This document shows positions 54,612-64,000 of a stretch of DNA of 64,000 nucleotides, piece by piece. Below the pieces are notes generated by a model. That model had not been told where the DNA came from and did no database searches. It was given only the letters and a program-made list of their open reading frames with translations. The translations under genes and the position numbers were made by a program. The DNA is taken from contig JAEUNQ010000145.1 in NCBI GenBank assembly GCA_016790365.1, positions 1,993-65,992 of the forward strand, read 5' to 3'. Position 1 is the first letter of the stretch; each line of letters begins with the position of its first letter. The stretch is from Thauera sp. Lineage in GTDB: Bacteria; Pseudomonadota; Gammaproteobacteria; Burkholderiales; Rhodocyclaceae.

Positions 54612-56669
54612 GTGCTTCGTCTGCGCCCGCTCGCGGTGGCCGTCCTCGGCCTCTTCGCACTCCCCGTTCCCAGCCTCGTCCATGCCGAAACCGTGCTCGG
54701 CGCCCAAACCGTGACCGCCAAGGGTTACGCCGCCGACACGTTCGAGACCCCGCAGGCGGTCGAGATCCTGCAGGCACCGGCGGCCGGCGGCACCGTTGCG
54801 GGAGGGCTGCTGCGCGGCAAGCCGGGCCTGGCGGCGCAGTCGGATGGTGCCTGGGGTCAGAACCCGGTGCTGCGCGGACTCAAGAAGGAAAGCGTGGTGG
54901 TGATGGTCGACGGCGTGCGCATGAACTCGGCGCAGCCGCAGGGCGCGATCGCCTCCTTCCTCGATCTCGGCCTGCTCGAGCGCGCCGAGGTGGTCAAGGG
55001 GCCGGGCTCGGTGCTGTACGGCAGCGGCGCAATGGGCGGGGTGGTCAACCTGATCACGCCGGACGTCGGTTTCACGGCCGAGGAGAGGCTTGGTGGCCGC
55101 ATCGGCGCGCGCTTCTCGAGCGTGGATAAAGGGGTCTCCGGCGCCGCGCTGCTGACGCGCTCGAGCGCGAACAGCGCGCTGGTGCTGGGCGTGGCCGGAC
55201 GTGACGTGGATGACTACCGCAGCCCGGACGGACGCGAGGATCGCACCGGCTACCAGTCCGACACGCTGCTGGCGAAGTACAAGCACAAGCTGAACGAGGA
55301 TCTGAGCCTGCGGGTGAACCTGCAGCGGCACGAGGACGAGGATGTCTGGTACCCGGGGTCGGCGCGCGTGCAGGCGGTGCAGGGGCCGAACGGCAGGGTG
55401 CCGCTGGGACTGGTGACGATCCATTCGCCCGAGCAGCGTCGCGAACTCTATGAACTGGGCGTGGATGCGAAGCTGGCAGAGGGCACTCTGTCGGCCGAGA
55501 TCTACCGACAGGAGGTGTTCCGCCAGATCCGTGCGCGCTCGGACAGGTTTGCGAAGGACTACGTGCGCAATGATGTGAGCTTCGTGACCGATGGTGCGAA
55601 GGCCAAGTACCTGTTCCCGGTGGGCGAGAATCACCTGCTCACCGTCGGGATGGACTTCTGGAGGATGCGCGGGGATCCCGAGCGCTACATGGATAACAAC
55701 GCCGCGCTCGACAACAATGTGCGCAACGATCCCTTCAACAAGGGGGTGATCGAATCTTCGGGCGTGTTCGTTCAGGACGAGTTCGCGATCGGCGAAACAC
55801 GCATCGTCGCCGGCGCCCGCTTCGATCGGGTGAGCGGCGAGGCGGCACGCAAGGGCATGACGCAGACCTCCGGCCTGGACAACACCGACAACAATCTGTC
55901 CTGGTCGCTCGGTGCGATCCAGCCGCTGGACGAGAGCCTGAGCGCCTACGCCAACCTCGGTCGGGCCTATCGTGCGCCGGACATGCGTGAGCGTTTCGAG
56001 GATTCGGCGCGCGGGGACGGGTATTACCACGTTGGCAATCCCCAACTCGACGCCGAAGTCTCCACCAGCTTCGAACTCGGTCTGAAGCAGGCTGATGCGG
56101 CCCTGCAATACCAGGTTGCCGCCTTCTACACGCGGATCGAAGACTACATCGCCGGCCGGGTCACCGGGCAGATCGCGCCATCCGGCGCCCGCATCAAGCT
56201 TACCGAGAACCTCGACAAGGTCACCCTCTACGGTATCGAGGGCAGTGCCAGCGTCCCGGTCGGTGCCTTCGTCGCCGACGCGGGCTTCACTTGGCTGCGC
56301 GGCAAGAACCACCAGGACGACGAACCCCTGTTCCAGATGCCGGCGCCCGAGCTGACGCTGGGCATCGGCCAGCCCGCCGAGCGTGGCTTCTGGTGGCGGG
56401 CGCAACTGCGTGCGGTGGCCGAGCAGGACCGTATTGCAGCGAAGTTCTCCAACGGCACCGAAAACCCCACCGCCGGCTTCGTCACCGCCGACGCCGAGTT
56501 CGGCTGGCGCTTCGGCAAGGTCGGCGCCTTCGAGTCCGCCGGCCTTGCCGTGCAGTTGAGCAACCTCGCCGACAAGCGCTACTACGAGCACCAGACCGAG
56601 GGCGTCTCGGGCAACGAGCTCGCCGCGCCCGGCCGCGGCATCGCATTGAGCCTGAACGGGAGCTTCTGA
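54612..56669 (+). CDS. TonB-dependent outer-membrane receptor
   Basis: Signal peptide; EVVKGPGSVLYGSGAMGGVVN plug motif; GNPQLDAE; C-terminal F. Confidence 0.95.
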   Translation: MLRLRPLAVAVLGLFALPVPSLVHAETVLGAQTVTAKGYAADTFETPQAVEILQAPAAGGTVAGGLLRGKPGLAAQSDGAWGQNPVLRGLKKESVVVMVDGVRMNSAQPQGAIASFLDLGLLERAEVVKGPGSVLYGSGAMGGVVNLITPDVGFTAEERLGGRIGARFSSVDKGVSGAALLTRSSANSALVLGVAGRDVDDYRSPDGREDRTGYQSDTLLAKYKHKLNEDLSLRVNLQRHEDEDVWYPGSARVQAVQGPNGRVPLGLVTIHSPEQRRELYELGVDAKLAEGTLSAEIYRQEVFRQIRARSDRFAKDYVRNDVSFVTDGAKAKYLFPVGENHLLTVGMDFWRMRGDPERYMDNNAALDNNVRNDPFNKGVIESSGVFVQDEFAIGETRIVAGARFDRVSGEAARKGMTQTSGLDNTDNNLSWSLGAIQPLDESLSAYANLGRAYRAPDMRERFEDSARGDGYYHVGNPQLDAEVSTSFELGLKQADAALQYQVAAFYTRIEDYIAGRVTGQIAPSGARIKLTENLDKVTLYGIEGSASVPVGAFVADAGFTWLRGKNHQDDEPLFQMPAPELTLGIGQPAERGFWWRAQLRAVAEQDRIAAKFSNGTENPTAGFVTADAEFGWRFGKVGAFESAGLAVQLSNLADKRYYEHQTEGVSGNELAAPGRGIALSLNGSF

Positions 56670-56670
56670 C

Positions 56671-57843
56671 ATGCACGACCGCCGCCCCAGCCACGATCAC
56701 GCGGACCATCATGCGAACCCGCCACGCGGAGTCGTGTTCGTCGACCGCTCGGCCCGCCGGCTCGTATGCGAGGGCCGCCCCGACGTGGCGGCGGGGGCTG
56801 CGATCCGGCCACGGCGCGGCTTCGTCCTGCCGGCATGGACGCGTGCCGTTATGCACGTCTGCGTGGTGTGCGCCTTCCTGCTCGTGACCGGCATCGTCCA
56901 TGCGCAGGCGCCGAAGCTTCCCAAACTTACCCTTGCCGGTCCCTCGGCCGCGGTGTCGAACGCACTCATCCACATGGTCGACTCGGGCGCGCTCGCCGAC
57001 ATCGCCGAGGTGGTCGAATTCGTGCCCTGGCGCGACCCCGACCAGCTGCGCGTGATGGCGCTCGACGGGCGCGCCGACGTGCTCGCGATGCCCACCAACG
57101 TCGCCGCCAACCTGTACAACCGCGGCGCCAAGCTGCAGCTGATCAACGTATCGACCTGGGGCGTGCTGTGGCTGGTGTCACGCGACCCGGCGCTGAAGTC
57201 GCTTTCCGACCTGCGCGGCAAGGAGCTGGCGATGCCGTTCCGTGGCGACATGCCCGACATCGTGCTGCAGCTGCTGGCCGAGCAGCAGGGCATGGACGTG
57301 AGGAAGGACCTACAGCTGCGCTACGTCGCCAGCCCGGTGGATGCGATGCAGCTGCTGGTGATGCGCCGCGTCGACCATGCGTTGCTCGCCGAGCCGGCGG
57401 CCTCGATGGCGCTGCGCAAGACCGGGTCCTTCCCGCTCAGCGTGATCGCCCCCGAGCTGCATCGCAGCGTGGACCTGCAGCAGGAGTGGGGGCGGGTGTT
57501 CGCGCGCACTCCGCGCATCCCGCAGGCCGGCATCGCCGTGATGGGGGCCCTGCGCGCGCGCCCCGAGCTGGTGGCGCGCATCGAGGCCGAGTACGCGCGC
57601 TCGCTGGCGTGGTGCAAGGACAACGCCGAGGCCTGCGGCAAGGCGGTGGCGGCGCGCATCGACCTGCTGAGCCCCGAGGCGGTCACGGATTCGATCGCGG
57701 TGAGCCAGCTGGAGGCGGTGTCCATCGCGGAGGCGCGCGCCGAGCTCGAGTTCATGTTCGGCAAGCTGGTGGCGAAGAACCCGGCACTGGTCGGCGGGAA
57801 GCTGCCGGACGAGGGCTTCTACGCCGGAGCGACGAAGCCATGA
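56671..57843 (+). CDS. ABC transporter substrate-binding protein (NitT/TauT type); start may be ~56851
   Basis: PTNVAANLYNRG, PFRGDMPD, ALLAEP. Confidence 0.85.
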   Translation: MHDRRPSHDHADHHANPPRGVVFVDRSARRLVCEGRPDVAAGAAIRPRRGFVLPAWTRAVMHVCVVCAFLLVTGIVHAQAPKLPKLTLAGPSAAVSNALIHMVDSGALADIAEVVEFVPWRDPDQLRVMALDGRADVLAMPTNVAANLYNRGAKLQLINVSTWGVLWLVSRDPALKSLSDLRGKELAMPFRGDMPDIVLQLLAEQQGMDVRKDLQLRYVASPVDAMQLLVMRRVDHALLAEPAASMALRKTGSFPLSVIAPELHRSVDLQQEWGRVFARTPRIPQAGIAVMGALRARPELVARIEAEYARSLAWCKDNAEACGKAVAARIDLLSPEAVTDSIAVSQLEAVSIAEARAELEFMFGKLVAKNPALVGGKLPDEGFYAGATKP

Positions 57844-58631
57844 TCCTGCTGCGCGCCTGGCTGGCCGGTTTGCCGGCTTACCTGTGGAGTGGCTGGGGCG
57901 CGATCGCCAGCCTCTGTCTGCTGCTCGCCGCCTGGGAGGCGGTGAGCCTCGTGTACGGCCCCCTCGTCATGCCCGACCCGCGCGCGGCCTTTGCCACGCT
58001 GTGGGGGCTCATCGACAGTGGCGCGGCCTGGCCGGAGCTCGCCGCCACCGCCCGCCGCGCGCTCAGCGGCTATGCGCTGTCGGTGATCGCCGGCAGCGTG
58101 CTCGGCCTCATCGCCGGACTGTCGATGACCGCCTCGATGATGTCGCGCCCGCTCGTCACCGTGCTCATGGGCACGCCGCCGATCGCCTGGCTGGTGCTGG
58201 CGATGCTGTGGTTCGGCGCGAGCGACGGGACGCCGGTGTTCACGGTGTTCGTGGCGTCCTTCCCGGTGATCTTCATCGGCGCGCTGCAGGGCACGCGCAC
58301 GCTCGACAACCAGCTTCACGGCATGGCCGAGGCCTTCCGCCTGCCGCGGCGCATGATGATCATCGACGTCTATCTGCCGCATGTGGTGTCCTACCTGTTC
58401 CCGGCCTGGATCGCCGCGCTCGGCACGGCGTGGAAGGTGGTGGTGATGGCGGAGCTGCTCGCCACCCAGGACGGCGTGGGCGCGGCGCTCGCGGTGTCGC
58501 GCTCGCATCTCGACACGGCCGCCACCATGGCCTGGATCGCCGCGGTGGTGGGGCTGCTGCTGGCGGTGGAGTACCTGGGGCTGGAGCCGATCAAGCGTGA
58601 GGTCGAGCGCTGGCGGGAGCAGGGCGCATGA
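57840..58631 (+). CDS. ABC transporter permease (NitT/TauT type)
   Basis: PPIAWLVLAMLWFG, WKVVVMAELL. Confidence 0.9.
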   Translation: MILLRAWLAGLPAYLWSGWGAIASLCLLLAAWEAVSLVYGPLVMPDPRAAFATLWGLIDSGAAWPELAATARRALSGYALSVIAGSVLGLIAGLSMTASMMSRPLVTVLMGTPPIAWLVLAMLWFGASDGTPVFTVFVASFPVIFIGALQGTRTLDNQLHGMAEAFRLPRRMMIIDVYLPHVVSYLFPAWIAALGTAWKVVVMAELLATQDGVGAALAVSRSHLDTAATMAWIAAVVGLLLAVEYLGLEPIKREVERWREQGA

Positions 58632-59542
58632 ACACGATTTCGACTGCCGAGCTGCGCGTACACGGTCTATCCCATGCTTTCGCGCGCGACGAGGTGCTCT
58701 CCGGCATCCACTTCCGCGTGCGCGCGGGTGAGGTCGTGGCTCTGGTCGGCCCCTCGGGCTGCGGCAAGACCACGCTGCTGCACCTCGCCGCCGGCCTGCT
58801 GACGGTGCAGGAGGGGCAGGTGGACAACGGCTTCGCCTCCACCGCCTTCATGTTCCAGCAGCCGCGCCTGCTGCCGTGGAAGACCGCGCTCGACAACGTC
58901 GCGCTCGGCCTCAAGGCGGCCGGGATGAAGCGCGCCGAGCGCCACTTCCGCGCGCGCGCGCTGGCGCTGCGCCTCGGGCTCGCCCATCGCGACCTCGACA
59001 AGTTTCCCCACCAGCTCTCGGGCGGCATGCAGAGCCGGGTGGCGCTGGCGCGCGCGCTGGTGCTCGCGCCCGAGCTGCTGCTGCTCGACGAGCCGTTCTC
59101 GGCGCTCGACGTCGGCCTCAAGGAAGAGCTCTATCGCCTCTTGCTCGACCATCAGGCCGAGCGCGGCATGGGCGTGCTGATGATCACCCACGATCTCATG
59201 GAGGCGGTGCGCCTGTCGGACGCGATCCTGGTGATGGCGCCCGAGCCGGGCCGCATCGTGTGCCGCTTCGAGCTCGATCGCCCGGCCGCCCGGCGCGACG
59301 ACGCCTGGGTGTATCGGCACACCGCCGAGCTGCTGCAGACGCCCGACGTGCGCATGAGCTTCGGGCTGCCCCCCGTGGTGGCGGTGGAGGCCGAGATCGA
59401 GGAGCCCGCGCAGTGGCAGGACGCGGGACGGAAGGGCGGGCCTGCAGGGCCTGCGCGCGGGGAGCCGCTGTCCGGGCTGCGCCTGGTGAGTCCGGCGTCC
59501 GGACTCGTCGCGGTGCAGGGCGGCAAGCGTTGCGGGGCATGA
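58628..59542 (+). CDS. ABC transporter ATP-binding protein
   Basis: GPSGCGKTT, LSGGMQ, LLLDEPF. Confidence 0.95.
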   Translation: MNTISTAELRVHGLSHAFARDEVLSGIHFRVRAGEVVALVGPSGCGKTTLLHLAAGLLTVQEGQVDNGFASTAFMFQQPRLLPWKTALDNVALGLKAAGMKRAERHFRARALALRLGLAHRDLDKFPHQLSGGMQSRVALARALVLAPELLLLDEPFSALDVGLKEELYRLLLDHQAERGMGVLMITHDLMEAVRLSDAILVMAPEPGRIVCRFELDRPAARRDDAWVYRHTAELLQTPDVRMSFGLPPVVAVEAEIEEPAQWQDAGRKGGPAGPARGEPLSGLRLVSPASGLVAVQGGKRCGA

Positions 59543-60954
59543 GCATGGGTGACAAGACGATGAATGCCGGAAGCGGCGCCGTGACGGAGACCGGTGCGGG
59601 GCGCACGCAGCCGGGCTGGAGCAAGCGCCTTGCGGTGCAACCACTGTTCATGTGCGGCTTCCGCCCCTTCTTCCTGCTCACTGCGCTCTATGCGGTGCTG
59701 GTGCTGCTCGCCTGGGCCGGCTTCCTCGGCGTCGACCTGGCGGTGCCGGCGGTCGCGGGAGGACCCTTCGTTTGGCACGCGCACGAGCTGATGTTCGGCT
59801 TCGGGTTGGCCGCCGTCGCCGGCTTCGTGCTCACCGCGGTGCCCGAATTCACGGCCACGCCGCCCTTCGCACCGCGGGTGGCGGTGCGCTTCGTCCTGCT
59901 CTGGCTGGCAGCACGCGTGGCATTCTGGATGTCCGGCGGCCTTGCCGCCGTCGCGGGGGGCTGGCTCGGTGTGGCGGACGGACTCCCCGCCGCGGAATGG
60001 ATCGGGCATCTGCCCGCGGCGCTGCTCAACATCGGCTTCGCGTGCGCGCTGCTGGTCGCGGTGGCTCCGCGGCTGTGGCGCGATCCCGAGCGTCGCCAGC
60101 TCGGCTTCCTGTGGGGCCTGGCGGCGATGGCGGCGGCGGTGGCGGGTTTCCACCTCGATGTGCTGCGCGGCGAGTACCCGATGCGCTGGGTGCTGGCCGG
60201 GCTGGGCGTGATGATGACGCTGGTGGTGGTGGCCATGAGCCGGATCTCGATGCGCGTCATGAATGACGCGCTCGACGCCGAGCGCGCGCGCCGCCTGCCC
60301 GCACACACGCTGCGCCACGACGAGGAGGCCGAGCTCGAGCTGCCCTCCTATCGTGCGCGGCCGCCGCGGCGCAACCTGGCGATCGCGGCGATCGCGGGTT
60401 ACACGGTGGCCGAATTCCTCCTGCCGGGCTCGCCGATCACCGCCTGGCTGGGGTTGGGCGCGGCGGCCGCGGTGTTCAACCTGCTCAACGACTGGCACGT
60501 CGGGCGCGCGCTGTTCACGCGCTGGGCCTTCCTGCTCTATGCCGTGTATTGGCTGCTCGCGCTCGGCTACCTGCTGCTTGGCCTCTCTCATCTGGGGGCG
60601 CCGCTGGCGCCGAGCGCCGGGACCCACTTGCTGGCGATCGGTGCGATGGGCCTGTCGATCCTCGCGGTGCTGTGCATCGCCGGGCGCACGCACGCGGGCT
60701 ATCCGCTCGACGAGCGTCCGTGGGTGGGTGTCGCAGCGGCGTCGATCGCAATCGCGGCGGTGCTGCGCGCAGCCTCCGGCCTGCCCGACGTGCCCGTCCC
60801 CGCACTGCAGCTGCTCGCCGCGCTGGCCTGGATCCTGGCCTTTGCGCTCGCCGCTTGGCGGCTGGGCGTGTTGTTCGTGGTCGCGCGAGTGGATGGTGGC
60901 GCCGGTTGCGAGGAATACCACGAACCCGGTGCGGCCGAGGCCAGCCTGCGTTGA
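59539..60954 (+). CDS. nnrS: NnrS-family membrane protein
   Basis: GFRPFFL, WHAHELMFGF, GFVLTAVP, GRTHAG. Confidence 0.85.
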   Translation: MSMGDKTMNAGSGAVTETGAGRTQPGWSKRLAVQPLFMCGFRPFFLLTALYAVLVLLAWAGFLGVDLAVPAVAGGPFVWHAHELMFGFGLAAVAGFVLTAVPEFTATPPFAPRVAVRFVLLWLAARVAFWMSGGLAAVAGGWLGVADGLPAAEWIGHLPAALLNIGFACALLVAVAPRLWRDPERRQLGFLWGLAAMAAAVAGFHLDVLRGEYPMRWVLAGLGVMMTLVVVAMSRISMRVMNDALDAERARRLPAHTLRHDEEAELELPSYRARPPRRNLAIAAIAGYTVAEFLLPGSPITAWLGLGAAAAVFNLLNDWHVGRALFTRWAFLLYAVYWLLALGYLLLGLSHLGAPLAPSAGTHLLAIGAMGLSILAVLCIAGRTHAGYPLDERPWVGVAAASIAIAAVLRAASGLPDVPVPALQLLAALAWILAFALAAWRLGVLFVVARVDGGAGCEEYHEPGAAEASLR

Positions 60955-61138
60955 GCGAGGCCTCGGGCCGGTGCGGGGCATTCGCATCGGCGCGGCGGGG
61001 CGCCGGCACCGCGGCGTGCGCCCGAGCGCTGCAGGCTCCCGTGACGGGGGGCGCAGTGCGGTCGGTGCGGAACGCGTTAAGCTACGGCTCGAGGACGGCT
61101 CCAGTTCGGGGATGCCGCCCGAGCCCGGAGGCCCGACG

Positions 61139-61582
61139 ATGGCGCTGCTCAACTGGAATGCCGGCTACTGCACCGGAAACACTCGGATCGACGACGATCA
61201 TCGTGCGCTTTTCGAGCGCATCAACGACTTCCACTACGCCTGGCAGCAGAACCGGGATCGCAAGGACATCGCGCGCGTGCTCGACCGCCTGGTGGAGTAC
61301 GCAGAAGAACATTTCGCGCGCGAGGAAGAGATCATGCGCGTTTGCCGCTACCCTGGCCTTGCGCGCCACCAGGCGGCCCACGAGGCGCTGTCCGCGCAGA
61401 TCTTCGTGCTGCAGGGGCACTTCGCGGAAGGGCGCATCCGCATCGACCGCGACGCCGTCGATTTCCTGCGCGGCTGGCTTGTCGATCACATCCTCGCCGA
61501 GGACATGAAGTTCTCTGCCTACGTGGAAAGTGGTGCGGAGCCGTCCGCCCGGCAGCCGGTAAGCGACATCGACGCGGTCTGA
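61139..61582 (+). CDS. Bacteriohemerythrin
   Basis: IDDDHRALF, HFAREE, H...H, WLVDHILAED. Confidence 0.92.
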   Translation: MALLNWNAGYCTGNTRIDDDHRALFERINDFHYAWQQNRDRKDIARVLDRLVEYAEEHFAREEEIMRVCRYPGLARHQAAHEALSAQIFVLQGHFAEGRIRIDRDAVDFLRGWLVDHILAEDMKFSAYVESGAEPSARQPVSDIDAV

Positions 61583-61610
61583 GCGGCGCCGCCAGGGTCC
61601 TCGGTCGGTC

Positions 61611-62813
61611 TCAGGCTGCCGCAGCTCCTGTCTGCAGGCGGCCGCTGCGTGCAAGCACCAGCACCGCGATCGCGAGCACCACCTCGATCAGCCCGATCGC
61701 CACGAAGACCGGCGGATAGGGGCGATCGAGCAGCAGGCCGAAGACGGCAAGCAGCGTGCTGCTGAGCACAGGGCCGGCGGCGAAGCCGAGTGAGCCCGCC
61801 ATGTTGAAGGCCGCGAGCGCGCTCGCGCGGCAGTCGCTGCCGCCGTACTGCGCAGCCAGTACCAGCGAGGGCGCGTACATCAGCGCCGCGATCACGCCGC
61901 CGCCGGCCATGGTCGCCACCACATGCTCGCCCGGAACGAAGCCGAGCACGGCGAGGAAGACCCCATAGAGCACGCTGCCGATCACCATCATCCACAGCGG
62001 ATCCCAGTGCCGCGACAGGTGCCCTGCCGGCCAGGTGAGCAGCGAGAAGGGGACCAGGAAGGCGGCCATCGCGATGCCGATCTGGCGCGCGTCGAAGCCG
62101 ACCACCAGGCCCAGGTAGAGCGACAGCGTGGAGACAATGAAGCCCACGGTGAGGCGGTCGGCGAATGAGAAGGCGAGCGGGATCAGCAACTGGCGGCGGC
62201 TGCGCAAGGTGCCGACGATCTGGGCTGCGGCCATGCGCGGCCGGGCGCCGCCGCCCTCGGCGAGGTGGAGGAAGCCGATCACCGCCATGGCGAGCGACAG
62301 CAGGCCGCCGCCGAAGGGCACCCAGAAGGGATCCATGCCACCGATGACACCGCCCAGCGGTGCGCCGGTGGCCACGCCCAGGCTGATCGAGGCCCCCACC
62401 GCGCCCATGCGTGCGCCCAGCCCCGCCTTGCCCGCGTGGTCGGCGGCGAGCGCCATCAGCAGGGACAGCGCAGACATGTGGGCGAAGCCTTCGAGGAAGC
62501 GCAGCGCGAGCAGCAGCGTGTAGCTCTCCGCGCCGCGCCAGGCCCAGGCGATGCCGAGCAGCGCGATGCCGTTGAGCGTGAGCGCACCGACGGCGAGCAG
62601 GCGGCGCCTCCCCAGGCGGTCCGAGAGCAGGCCTGCGATCGGGGCGCCGAGCAGTGCACCGATCATGTTGATCGACATGAAGAAGTGGCTGGCGAACTGG
62701 CCCAGACCGGGGAAGCGCTGTGCGGTGAAGTCGGGAAGTACCGGAACCATGCCGGTGACCGGGAGCATCAGGGCGTAGAGCAGCAGCAGCGGCAGGAGGT
62801 GAGGTCCGGTCAT
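61611..62813 (-). CDS. MFS transporter
   Basis: GLLSDRLGRRRLL motif A; about 12 TM. Confidence 0.92.
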   Translation of the reverse strand: MTGPHLLPLLLLYALMLPVTGMVPVLPDFTAQRFPGLGQFASHFFMSINMIGALLGAPIAGLLSDRLGRRRLLAVGALTLNGIALLGIAWAWRGAESYTLLLALRFLEGFAHMSALSLLMALAADHAGKAGLGARMGAVGASISLGVATGAPLGGVIGGMDPFWVPFGGGLLSLAMAVIGFLHLAEGGGARPRMAAAQIVGTLRSRRQLLIPLAFSFADRLTVGFIVSTLSLYLGLVVGFDARQIGIAMAAFLVPFSLLTWPAGHLSRHWDPLWMMVIGSVLYGVFLAVLGFVPGEHVVATMAGGGVIAALMYAPSLVLAAQYGGSDCRASALAAFNMAGSLGFAAGPVLSSTLLAVFGLLLDRPYPPVFVAIGLIEVVLAIAVLVLARSGRLQTGAAAA

Positions 62814-63124
62814 GGTGTCGTCGCGGGGGCAGCGTGCGCGGTTTGGGGGTGGTCGGGTGCGGTGAATGATACTTTGACCGCTGCCGCCGGCATCTGTTGC
62901 CGATCAAGCCTCGCACTCCCGGTCCGCGTCGGGGGGGCGGAATCGCGCGGTCGCGGGCACGAGCGCCGGCGGGCGCGAAAGCGGCGCCTCTCCGTTCCTG
63001 CGATCGCCCCCCATCAGGCCCAGCGTAGAATCCGCTCGATCGGCCAGCGTCGCCGCGATCGGCTTTGCGGGGCGCGCCGCCGCTGCCTTGTTGCAGCGCT
63101 GTTTCTTGCCGTGGAGGTTCTCGC

Positions 63125-63601
63125 ATGCGCGCCGTGTATCTGTCGGGCCTGCTGGTGGTGGCGTTCGGCGCCGTCACGTTCTGGATGGTCTCGGGCCTGC
63201 AGCCCGGGGTGACCGTGCTGCAGTTCGCGTGGACGCCGCGCGGCTTCGGCGAGATCGTCCATGTGTGGTCGCCCGAGGATCTCGCCCGCTACCGTCTCCA
63301 CCTTCCGGTGGACAGTCTGCTGCTGCTGGCTTATGGCAGCTTCGGCTGGCTGCTCGCGACCCGTACGGCGCTGTTTGCGGCGCTGCCCGGGCACGCACGC
63401 GTTGCGGCGCGCTTCGTGCTGCCGCTCGCGGCGGTCTGCGATGCGGTGGAGAACGTGCTGCACGCCTGGCTGACCGAGATGCCGCGCTTCGGCCTGCACG
63501 GGCTGTACCTGCTGTCGACCACCTGCTCGGCGCTCAAGTGGGCGCTGCTGTTCGGCTTCGCCGCGTTGGTGCTGTGGGTGCTCGCACGCGACGCTGACTG
63601 A
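63125..63601 (+). CDS. Hypothetical membrane protein
   Basis: GGAGG SD; four hydrophobic segments; DAVENV. Confidence 0.7.
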   Translation: MRAVYLSGLLVVAFGAVTFWMVSGLQPGVTVLQFAWTPRGFGEIVHVWSPEDLARYRLHLPVDSLLLLAYGSFGWLLATRTALFAALPGHARVAARFVLPLAAVCDAVENVLHAWLTEMPRFGLHGLYLLSTTCSALKWALLFGFAALVLWVLARDAD

Positions 63602-63606
63602 AACGC

Positions 63607-64000
63607 TCAGTCCGCGGCTTCGTCCCCTGGGGCGGCGTGCGCCTGCGCAAGCACGGCGTCGATGCGCGCGCGCATGCGTGTCCAGTGCGAGCCCTCCCAA
63701 TACACCCGGCCACAGCCGGGGCAGGCGGAAAAGCGCGTGTGCCGCGCGCGTACCGCGGGGGGAACGCGCTGCTCCGCGGCAGCGGGCGAGACGACTTCCT
63801 GCAGGGCCGCGTTGCATTCGAGGCAGCGCGAGAACGGACGGGCGTGAGAGGCGAGTCCGAGGCGCCGGAGGATCTCGACCGCCTGGTGCTCGGGCGCGAG
63901 CGCATGCACGAAGCAGCCCTCGGCGACGTCCCGGCGCTTGAGCAGTTCGCGGTCCCGGGTGAGCACGATGCGCTGCTCGCGCACGGCCGTGGCAACGAGC
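63607..64000 (-). CDS. Mut7-C RNase (PIN) domain protein, 5'-truncated by window edge
   Basis: LTRDRELL, PFSRCLECN, CPGCGRVYWEGSH. Confidence 0.88.
   Translation of the reverse strand, partial: LVATAVREQRIVLTRDRELLKRRDVAEGCFVHALAPEHQAVEILRRLGLASHARPFSRCLECNAALQEVVSPAAAEQRVPPAVRARHTRFSACPGCGRVYWEGSHWTRMRARIDAVLAQAHAAPGDEAAD

Noticed and set aside
1-64000. tRNA/rRNA genes or an integrase att site
   Set aside because: None recognised; the prophage inserted by transposition, as shown by the target duplication.

Overview
High-GC bacterial chromosomal window (gene content suggests a denitrifying betaproteobacterium such as Rhodocyclales; this is inference). 1-14400 holds housekeeping genes (sstT, U32/RlhA-like, ATP-grasp, PQQ sugar dehydrogenase, Ser/Thr kinase-HDOD, dgkA, MepK/LdtD, a GT4 + PlcP-like pair) and a REP/BIME cluster. 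14401-54439 is an apparently complete 40,039-bp transposable (Mu/B3/BcepMu-like) prophage with a non-contractile tail. It is flanked by a 6-bp target duplication (GCGTAC) and carries symmetric end motifs. Its head genes are split between two oppositely oriented late blocks driven by three matching Mor-type late promoters. 54440-64000 holds an FNR/Fur-boxed TonB receptor-ABC-NnrS-hemerythrin locus, an MFS transporter and a Mut7-C gene. The best candidate for a new system is in the repressor operon: the repressor C-terminus (GVVVTGSNNRTAGRDYDE) matches the N-terminus of the adjacent membrane protein (GVSVEGEGNRTAGKLYIE). This is the layout of homotypic (RHIM/BASS-like amyloid) signalling pairs and suggests membrane-sensed control of lysogeny. 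The same operon also carries a RexAB/Kiwa-like candidate defence pair. All functional calls come from motif recognition by eye; no database searches were run.
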